A stretch of DNA of 11,492 bases from Hormiphora californensis. Its lineage: Eukaryota; Animalia; Ctenophora. Made by a program: the position numbers and the translations under genes. Positions 1 to 7,885 of this stretch are shown in pieces. The DNA lies in assembly GCA_020137815.1 (NCBI GenBank), contig WFME01000033.1, positions 1-11,492 of the forward strand, given 5' to 3'. Each line of letters opens with the position of its first letter. Position 1 is the stretch's first letter. The notes beneath the pieces were generated by a model. The model searched no databases. It saw only the letters and a program-made list of their open reading frames with translations, and was not told the origin of the DNA.

Positions 1-39
1 CACTGCCGTTTTTTACCCCCCCCCCCCCAGTTGTGGTAC

Positions 40-443
40 AAGTTTAACCCTGTAATTTTCACCACAATCTTGACAGCCGATAGGAAACAACCCCTCAATA
101 CGTAGGACGAGTTATCCGCCAACTCCGTCATTTCTCGGCTTTTCCCATCCCGCCCGACAAGTAACACGTTTAGAGCCTTACAGACCGGACCCAGTTCCTC
201 CACCTTCTTACTTGCAATGGAGTCCACATTAACGGTATGATCGGCATGGTAGTCGTAGGCCTCAATCACTACCTTCCCCTTCGCTCCGACAAGCATTTTT
301 CAGCTCCGCCAGTATCATTTTGACGGTCTGGTCATTGGTCATTTGGCTGCGTCTACAAGGGTTGAGGAGGGGGTTGCCGCTCCTCAAATTAATTGTTTAA
401 GTAGTGTTGAAAAGTTTGAAGATGTTGTAGTTGCTTTTTCCAT
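40..443 (-). pseudogene. Frameshifted ORF remnant, possibly 5' part of a non-LTR retrotransposon ORF1 (helical region then CxxC)
   Basis: Hand translation: the frame from ATG 296 reads MLVGAKGKVVIEAYDYHADHTVNVDSIASKKVEELGPVCKALNVLLVGRDGKSREMTELAD. A one-base shift near 112 continues LVLRIEGLFPIGCQDCGENYRVKL. Upstream pieces MEKATTTSSNFSTLLKQLI (ATG 443) and MTNDQTVKMILAELK lie in other frames. It is absent from the ORF track because the 296 frame has no stop before the window edge. The LINE ORF1 assignment is recalled resemblance, not a search. Confidence 0.4.
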
Positions 444-747
444 TTTCGTTTCATGTAACAATCTATCAACTCTCTATTCCCAGGATATCACATCACAATG
501 TGCCAAAAGGGATTGAAGTCTTATCGTTCACTATCATACTCTGCAAGACCACAATACACCATTTTTCAAGACCAAGCTCAACATTACCTGATTAAGACCT
601 CATTTTTCCATGACGGGCACACCTTTTGACCTTTCAAGTTCCTTATTGAGACTGGTGTAGTAATTTTTTACGTTGAGATCTATGGCCTCTGTTGCGCTAT
701 ATTTTTGTAGACTTTTGTAAGATTGCATTTGTGGATATTCAGTGTTG

Positions 748-846
748 GTTTATGGTTTTGATTAACTTATTAACTATTTATTAATTATATTGGCAGTTTA
801 TGCTGTTTTTAATTAACTTATTAACTATGTATTTAATTATATGACA
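748..846. repeat. AT-rich tandem duplication, 2 x ~50 bp
   Basis: gtttatggttttgATTAACTTATTAACTATttattaattatattggca (748-795) is followed by gtttatgctgtttttaATTAACTTATTAACTATgtatttaattatatgaca (796-846). Confidence 0.85.
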
Positions 847-1015
847 ACGAGGACTTTCGGAAGGACATTGATACGAAGATGCGCTTTAGAAAGCGAGTTT
901 TGATCGAAAGGACGCTTTAGTATTTAAGTCGATCGAGATAAACATTTTCGCTCAAAAGCGATTTATAAATGTTAAATGTTATGTTATTGTTATTATTGTT
1001 CCTGATAAGATAAAG

Positions 1016-1740
1016 GGTAGTCGGAAGAACCTGTCGTTCCTTCATGAGCGCTAGCGCTCATGAGTGTATCATGAGTGTGTCATGAGTGTATATGAGTGTA
1101 TCATGAGCGCTCATGAGACGTTTTTAGGTGTTTTCAACGTCTCATGAGCGCTCATGAGTGTATCATGAGTGTATCATGAGTGTCTCATGAGCGCTCATGA
1201 GTGCTCATGAGACCTTGCTCATGAGCGCTCATGAGACATATGTCTCATCCCATCTCTGTTTCAATGTCTCATGAGCGCTCATGAGACATTTTGACCTACA
1301 TGTGCTCATGAGTGTATCATGAGACATGTCTCATGAGACATATGTCTCATGAGACGTTAGGGTTATGGTTGGGTTTAGGGTTGGGCTAGGGTTAGGGCTT
1401 TCCTTTAGGTCTAGGGACCCGTAGAGGGTAGGGCTAGGTCCAAGCCTATAATGGGTCAACCCTAACCCTATCCCTATGGGTCCCTAGACCTAAAGGATAA
1501 CCCTAACCCTAACCCAACTCTAACCCTAACGTCTCATGAGACATATGTCTCATGAGACATGTCTCATGATACACTCATGAGCACATGTAGGTCAAAACGT
1601 CTCATGAGCGCTCATGAGACGTTGAAACACCTAAAAACGTCTCATGAGCGGTCATGATACACTCATGATACACTCATGACACACTCATGATACACTCATG
1701 AGCGCTCATGAGAGGAACGGACAGGTTCTTCCGACTTACC
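1016..1740. mobile_element. Non-autonomous foldback DNA transposon (Merlin-like), copy 1; 8-bp TSD AGATAAAG
   Basis: Left end GGTAGTCGGAAGAACCTGTCGTTCC is nearly the reverse complement of right end GGAACGGACAGGTTCTTCCGACTTACC. AGATAAAG lies immediately on both sides (1008-1015 and 1741-1748). Arms are inverted up to the centre near 1449, but the right arm lacks a ~125-130 bp module. An 8-bp TSD with GGNRM termini is the described Merlin signature. Confidence 0.88.
1356..1530. repeat. Head-to-head degenerate telomere-like core (TTAGGG-like then CCCTAA-like), copy 1
   Basis: gttagggttatggttgggtttagggttgggctagggttaggg ... ccctaaccctaacccaactctaaccctaac, with a perfect 19-bp inner IR cctttaggtctagggaccc (1402-1420) / gggtccctagacctaaagg (1478-1496). 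Confidence 0.85.
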
Positions 1741-1748
1741 AGATAAAG

Positions 1749-2112
1749 TACACCCCAAACTACTATGTCCCTCACTCGGGTTTTGTAAAGGGGGACCTTT
1801 AGAGACTTGAAATTTGGAGGTTCGGAAGAACTTAAAGGTCCCCCCAAACTACTATGTCCCTTGCTGCACGCGACCGGATTTTAGACGGCCATAGCTCCAC
1901 CCCCTGATAAGATAGAGACTTGAAATTTGTTTTGTAGGGAGATCATATCGAGTTCTTTGTACAAAACAAATTTCAAGTCTCTATCTCATCAGGGAGTTGA
2001 GTTATGATCGTGGGAAATTTCACAAAACCCGAGTGAGGGACATAGTAGTTTGGGGTGTACTTTAGCAAGATCTTCGTAACCTCCAAATTTCAAGTCTCTA
2101 TCTCTTCAGGAA
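1749..2112. repeat. Intervening host sequence with nested inverted repeats, copy A
   Basis: Perfect 43-bp IR 1744-1786/2022-2064. 35-bp IR with one mismatch 1902-1936/1960-1994. IR 1801-1822/2078-2099. Short IR ggggaccttta/taaaggtcccc (1791-1801/1833-1843). Direct repeat ccccaaactactatgtccct (1753-1772, 1842-1861). Confidence 0.9.
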
Positions 2113-2120
2113 CCGGATTT

Positions 2121-2843
2121 GGTAAGTCGGAAGAACCTGTCCGTTCCTCTCATGAGCGCTCATGAGTGTATCATGAGTGTGTCATGAGTGTATCATGAGT
2201 GTATCATGAGCGCTCATGAGACGTTTTTAGGTGTTTTCAACGTCTCATGGCCTCAGAGTGTATCATGCGTGAGCATGAGGTCATGAGCGCTCATGAGTGC
2301 TCATAGACCTGCTCATGAGCGCTCATGAGGACATATGTCTCATCCCATCTCTGTTTCAATGTCTCATGAGCGCTCATGAGACATTTTGACCTACATGTGC
2401 TCATGAGTGTATCATGAGACATGTCTCATGAGAATATGTCTCATGAGACGTTAGGGTTATGGTTGGGTTTAGGGTTGGGCTAGGGTTAGGGCTTTCCTTT
2501 AGGTCTAGGGACCCGTGAGGGTAGGGGCTAGGTCCAGCCTTATAAAATGGGTCAACCCTAACCCTATCCATATGGGTCCCTAGACTCTAAAGGATAACCC
2601 TAACCCTAACCCAAACTCTAACCCCTACGTCTCATGAGACATATGTCTCATGAGACCATGTTCTCATGATACACTCATGAGCACATCGTAGGTCAAAAAA
2701 GTCTCATGAGCGCTCATGAGACGTTGAAACACCTAAAAACGTCTCATGAGCGGTCATGATACACTCCATGATACACTCATGACACACTCATGATACACTC
2801 ATGAGCGCTCATGAGAGGAACGGACAGGTTCTTCCGACTTACC
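2121..2843. mobile_element. Merlin-like foldback element, copy 2 (chimeric; mismatched flanks CCGGATTT / AGATAAAG)
   Basis: Perfectly complementary ends GGTAAGTCGGAAGAACCTGTCCGTTCCTCTCATGAG / CTCATGAGAGGAACGGACAGGTTCTTCCGACTTACC. Left flank 2113-2120 equals the TSD of copy 3; right flank 2844-2851 equals the TSD of copy 1. Confidence 0.88.
2450..2628. repeat. Telomere-like head-to-head core, copy 2
   Basis: Same gttagggttatggttgggtttaggg...ccctaaccctaaccc arrangement as 1356-1530, with small indels. Confidence 0.85.
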
Positions 2844-2851
2844 AGATAAAG

Positions 2852-3213
2852 TACACCCCAAACTACTATGTCCCTCACTCGGGTTTTGTAAAGGGGGACC
2901 TTTAGAGACTGAAATTTGGAGGTTCGGAAGGAACTTAAAGGTCCCCCCAAACTACTATGTCCCTTGCTGCACGCGACCGGATTTTAGACGGCCATAGCTC
3001 CACCCCCTGATAAGATAGAGACTGAAATTTGTTTTGTAGGGAGATCATATCGAGTTCTTGTACAAAACAAATTTCAAGTCCTCTATCTCATCAGGGAGTT
3101 GAGTTATGATCGTGGGAAATTTCACAAACCCCGAGTGAGGGACATAGTAGTTTGGGTGTACTTTAGCAAGATCTTCGTAACCTCCAAATTTCAAGTCTCT
3201 ATCTCTTCAGGAA
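2852..3213. repeat. Intervening host sequence, copy B (direct duplicate of 1749-2112)
   Basis: Colinear with copy A. Differences are almost all 1-nt homopolymer changes (gagactgaaa vs gagacttgaaa, tttgggtg vs tttggggtg). Period is about 1101-1105 bp. Confidence 0.92.
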
Positions 3214-3221
3214 CCGGATTT

Positions 3222-4080
3222 GGTAAGTCGGAAGAACCTGTCCGTTCCTCTCATGAGCGCTCATGAGTGTATCATGAGTGTGTCATGAGTGTATCATGAG
3301 TGTATCATGAGCGCTCATGAGACGTTTTTAGGTGTTTCAACGTCTCATGAGCGCTCATGAGTGTATCATGAGTGTGTCATGAGTGTATCATGAGCGCTCA
3401 TGAGTGCTCATGAGACCTTGCTCATGAGCGCTCATGAGACATATGTCTCATCCCATCTCTGTTTCAATGTCTCATGAGCGCTCATGAGACGTTTTGACCT
3501 ACATGTGCTCATGAGTGTATCATGAGATCATCATGTCATCATGAGACCAGTATCATGAGACGTTGAGGTTAGGGTATGTGGGGTTTACGGTTGGGCTAGG
3601 TTAGGGCTTCCTTAGGTCTAGGGAACCTCGTAGGAGGGTAGGGCTAGGTCAAAAGCTATGAGTCAAAAACCCTGAACCCTATCCCTATGAGTCCATAGAT
3701 CTAAAAGGATTAACCAACCCAAGCCAACCGTAAACCAACCAGACCCTAACCGAACGTCTCTGAGACATATGTTCATGAGACAGTCTCAGGATACACTCAT
3801 GCGCACATTAGGTCAAAACGTCTAATGCGATCGCTATGAGACATTGAAACAGAGATGGATGAGACTATGTCTCATGAGCCCTCATGAGCACGGTCTCATG
3901 AGCATCAGAGCGCTCATGATACACTCATGACACACTCATGATACACCATGAGCGCTCATGAGACGTTGAAACACCTAAAAAACGTATCATGAGCGCTTAA
4001 GATACACTCAGACACACTCATGACACACTCATGTACACTTATGAGCGCTATGAGAGGAAGGAAAGGTCTTCCGACTTCCC
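3222..4080. mobile_element. Merlin-like foldback element, copy 3 (full symmetric arms); 8-bp TSD CCGGATTT
   Basis: Starts GGTAAGTCGGAAGAACC at 3222 and ends ...GGTCTTCCGACTTCCC at 4080. CCGGATTT lies at 3214-3221 and 4081-4088. The right arm keeps the acattgaaacagagatggatgagac module (~3841-3960) that copies 1 and 2 lack. Confidence 0.88.
3562..3755. repeat. Telomere-like head-to-head core, copy 3 (more degenerate)
   Basis: gttgaggttagggtatgtggggtttacggttgggctagggttaggg ... ccctgaaccctatccctatg ... ccagaccctaacc. Confidence 0.75.
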
Positions 4081-4431
4081 CCGGATTTATGGTCATTACG
4101 AAATTTGAAAATACCCAGGGGGTGACAGTTCAAAAAAAATCCGACTTATTAATGTCGAATTTTTTATTTAAGCGACCGGCCGCTGCGCACTACCATAGGT
4201 AATTGGTCATAAAATCCGAGTTCCTGATAAGTAAAGAATGATCTGGTTGCGTTGGAAGATAAAGTTTGTCCCCGCCCGGGGCGAATGCCGAAGTAAAAAG
4301 GCCATTAGGGGTTTAGAAGTCGACAAGTTTGACATACTAGTGAGGTGCACGGTCACAAAAGTGGCTGTAACACACCCAGTTGCGACTGGGTACTCTTATC
4401 CAGCCATAACATAAACACTTTCATTTTATTG

Positions 4432-4475
4432 TGTTATAGCTGAAGACGTATGACAAGATCAGTCGAAAAGCTCCG
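4432..4475 (+). ncRNA. Possible decayed minimal type-I hammerhead ribozyme motif (Penelope-like remnant)
   Basis: CTGAAGA (4440-4446) followed after a short linker by GTCGAAAAGCTC (4462-4473), with a palindromic AGCT before the putative cleavage site. Stem I and stem II pairing is poor. Confidence 0.25.
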
Positions 4476-5097
4476 TTCTTAATTTTTGAATATTAGTACT
4501 GCAAAAAATCGTTGTTTCTTCTTAATTGATTCAATTGTCGGAAAAATCGTTCTGTCACTGGCCCACAGCTGTATCTCAACGGGCTGAGCTCCATTAAAAA
4601 AGTCCAAATTTTATTGACACACACTGATACACCAGATTTCTAATACAATGTTAAATTTCATACTCACTTCTACTTAATAAATGTTATATATATATAAATA
4701 GGTTCTTTCATTAGTGCAGGATCGTCTGTATAACAAGAGACCGAGAAACGAAAAAAAGTGTGGGCTGCGAATAATGGAAAGGCTGCTAGGAGGAGGACGC
4801 TCATCATCCAATCACCTAAGAAACGAGCTGGGTACCTAGTTCTCCGTAAGATTCCCAAAGCTAAAACTATTTAAAGACCAAAAAATTTTGCTATTAAAGG
4901 AGGCTGCTGATTAGTCATAGTTGATAACTATTAGTTATACGCCATAGTTTTCACATGGTTTATCCACAAAACATATCTACCAATGTTTGACATCTTTTTA
5001 GAAGCATATTGGACGATTCTCTACTTATGCAAATGAGGAAGCAGTCGAAAAAGAAGAGAAAAACAGGAAATCTCTCGTTCTTACGGTATGTAGTCAC

Positions 5098-5102
<5 letters not shown>

Positions 5103-5130
<28 letters not shown>
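5103..5130. repeat. (TC)14 microsatellite
   Basis: Uninterrupted TC dinucleotide run. Confidence 0.97.
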
Positions 5131-5135
<5 letters not shown>

Positions 5136-5211
5136 ACAGTCATCTATACCCACGCAAGGCGCGTTAAGTATGTTTATGTAGTTTATGTAGACATAGAGGC
5201 CAGCTTGGTTA

Positions 5212-5300
5212 GACATTTAGATAAGAGTCCGATCTCTTGTGTGGACTTTTTAGATAAAAAGTCGCCATGGGAGACTTTTAGACCAAAGAGTTCCGAGTCT
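5212..5300. repeat. Degenerate ~30 bp tandem of small hairpin units GACTTTTAGATAAAAGTC
   Basis: gacatttagataagagtc, gactttttagataaaaagtc and gacttttagaccaaagagtt occur in succession. Confidence 0.55.
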
Positions 5301-6222
5301 CCTAGAGTTCGACTATCGGAATCTTAAACAAGAGTCATTGAAAATTGAGATAATATAATTATTTAGGTCGCACTGCTTGACAACTTATAAAACCCCCCTT
5401 TAACGCCCCAGTGATGGTTCGGGCTCAACATAGTGTTACACAGTGAAGCGTCTATATATACAATTATATTATACCATCGCAACACTGAAATTTTCTGTTT
5501 TGGGGTGGTGCATAACTTGCGACCGGAAGAGCTAGCTACTTGAAACTTTTACGTCAGTAGAGGTCTATGTGAAGCTTCTTGTACCAAATTCAGGGCCTCT
5601 TACGCTCAATTGGTTCCGGAGTTAGGAGGGGTCGAAAAGTGCCAAATGGGCTAAACTTCAACATGTTATATCCCGATGTTGGCAAGCGGGGCCCACTTGT
5701 TCGGGGAAAGTTTTGGGGGTGGGATGGGGCCACCTTTGCGGCTTGCCAGCGTCGTATGGTGAGTTATTTATATTATCGTCTTATTTCATATATCAGCTCT
5801 ATCAGAAAGTTGGCGATGGAGATCGGCCTTGGATGATGAGAGTAACATGGCCTAATCTAGATGCGAATGGTCCGATGTGAAGAAACTTTTCCTTGGCTGC
5901 ATCTTTTATATCTTGCCGACAGGGTCCAGGGAGAAATACTCTGGTGGGACGGGGAGCATCTGCGTCTGCCCGCAGCTTTGCTAACTGATCCGGTATGCTA
6001 ACGATCCGCACGTTTCCTTGCCTACCCGTCGGTCCCGGACACCAGACGATGGGATACCGGCATTTTCCTCAGCTCTCTAGGAGAGTCTGATGAGGGCCCA
6101 CGGTTACTGTGAGCGGTTACTTATTCGTTATGCCATCCCCATTGGTCTCCAGAATATTCCGGTGTTGTTGGCATATCATATCTCGTATCAGCCTTTACTC
6201 AATTTATATTATAGCTTTGTTA

Positions 6223-6682
6223 CTAGATCCAAAAACCAAACAAGTTTGGTGGATAAGCCGGGCCGCAGGAATTAAAAAAACGTGCGAAAGATTACATGAA
6301 CTCCAACCCTCCCCCCCCCCCCACCTTTCGGGGCACTGGGGTGCTGGTAAATTCGCGTCTTCCATATTATAACCAGCATCTTTTCAAAACTATACGTAGG
6401 AAAAACTATCGCAATGATCAAATGATATTATTTTTAATTTTTCCGCATTATAAACATACAGACCACCACATGACACATATAATGTACTGCTTAAGGTGCC
6501 CACACACAGTGGGTCGTTTCAGGACGTCTGTTACAGGATAATAGCGTGTTTGAAAGACCGGTCTGACTATCATGGAACGCTGAATTTAACAGCCCCAGGC
6601 CCGAAAGTCAGTATCAAAATTACGCACGTTTTTTAATTCATGCGCCCCGGCATCCACCAAACTTGTTTGGTTTTGGATCTAG
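6223..6682. mobile_element. Second foldback/MITE-like element with ~140-165 bp imperfect TIRs
   Basis: ctagatccaaaaaccaaacaagtttggtggataagccgggccgcaggaattaaaaaaacgtgcg (6223-6286) is the imperfect reverse complement of 6623-6682. The match resumes after a C-rich insert: ctttcggggcactggggtgctggtaaattcgcgtcttccat...ttttcaaa (~6325-6388) vs ~6545-6607. CTAG at both ends could be a TA or CTAG TSD. Superfamily not assignable. Confidence 0.8.
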
Positions 6683-7599
6683 ATCAAGCGTTGGTTACTA
6701 CGAAAGATTTGGTAATACTAGCTGAAGAATTTAATAAACGCGATGTAAAAAAAAAGGGGGGGTACAACCTGGCGTTTTCATCATCAGTGCACCCAACCAA
6801 GACTTCACAAGGGTTTAGGCATACAAATGGACCTCAAAATATGCAATTTAGCTCCTTAAAGTCGGATCATCTTTTTGCAACCGCTATTTTCAAAGTGGCG
6901 TTTTTCAATTTTGGCCCGTGGAATTTTAAACTCCCTCAGGACACCGTTTTTTGAGATAGAAACATTTAAATTCTTGGAATTGAAGAGACTCTAAGGTAAC
7001 TAAAGCCCAAGAAGGAAGTTTGAAAGGAGCTTAGTCTGCCATGAGGGAGACCGGTTTACTTTTTTGCTTTTGACAGCTGGCGGAGATCCACCCCCCCCCG
7101 GTTCCCATGCTTCAGTAGAGATGAAAATCTGGAAACATAGTGGCTCAAAACGATTATCTATTGTGGCCCAAAAACTTTGGAAACTTCCCGCCAAGATGTG
7201 GTGTACAGAGCTTGTTTTGCGAACCACTTTTTGAAAACGAGGGAAAGGAACTTCCGTATCTCAAAAACGGATGATAGTAGAGGAACCTGCGACCAAGTTC
7301 AGAAGGTCCGATTTTTGGGGGGTCTCTGAGAACATTTTGATCACTCCAACCGTTTTTGCTGGTTGTAATTGCGAAAAAGGTACAGCAAATAAGGGGGAAA
7401 TCAGCCCGAAGCAGTGCAAGTCGATCCGAAAGATCACGAATATTACTTATTTTTGATGAACTAGTCCTTCCAGAGCGCGATACTGATCACGGATAACCTC
7501 CAACTTTGCGAATCAGATCTATCTGAACAATCGAATCAGGTTTTGGGTTTTAGTGTGCTCATTCGGTCTTTACTCATTGATTTTTAAACTCATAGTAGA

Positions 7600-7885
7600 T
7601 TAAGATAGTCAAAATCTAGAAATGACTACCAAATTATAAACTGAAAATGCGGCAATAAAACCTAATTTTATAAAAATAATCTGATTCAAGTTAATTTAGA
7701 CTCTGAAGCGCTTTTTTTCTAGGTATTTTAAAATCGTCTTAAATTTAAGACAGTTCATAAAATCTTAGATATGACTACTTAATTATCATCTGAAAAACAT
7801 CAGTGACCGACGTTGGCAAAAATGTATCATAACATTTGCTTACATAGTTTAATGTGCTTTCTAGGTTTTTTGAAAATCGTCTTAA
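7600..7885. repeat. Degenerate tandem dimer of a ~145 bp unit, each unit bounded by TTAAGA...TCTTAA inverted ends
   Basis: Units 7600-7742 and 7745-7885 share ttaaga(t/c)agt..aaaatct..aga(a/t)atgactac..aattat..ctgaaaa at the start and tttctaggt(a/t)ttt..aaaatcgtcttaa at the end. The junction gtcttaaatttaagac (7736-7751) is palindromic. Confidence 0.7.

Noticed and set aside
1356-1530. True telomere or ancestral chromosome fusion site
   Set aside because: The tract is short and degenerate and recurs at the centre of each TSD-flanked element, so it travels with the element.
1822-1831. TCGGAAGAAC in the host spacer matching the element's TIR (also tccgactta near 4140)
   Set aside because: Only 9-10 nt and part of the host's own IR modules. 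It cannot be distinguished from chance.
2120-2844. TG...CA termini (LTR or Ginger type) for the foldback element
   Set aside because: The T and A belong to the flanking TSD sequences. Copies 1 and 3 fix the ends at GG...CC.
1016-4080. CRISPR-like repeat/spacer array
   Set aside because: Repeats are 10-11 bp palindromic units without unique spacers, the long spacers are duplicates of each other, and no cas genes are present.
5027-5034. Octamer ATGCAAAT, and CCAAT/E-box motifs near 9895-10170, as promoter elements
   Set aside because: No linked gene or transcript evidence. Such short motifs are expected by chance or within repeats.
6087-6130. CTGATGA as a hammerhead or C/D box core
   Set aside because: No downstream GAAA with a closing stem II and no supporting structure.
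6506-6520. CACAGTG as a Transib/RSS-like terminus
   Set aside because: No matching inverted partner was found in the window, and it lies inside the interior of the 6223-6682 element.
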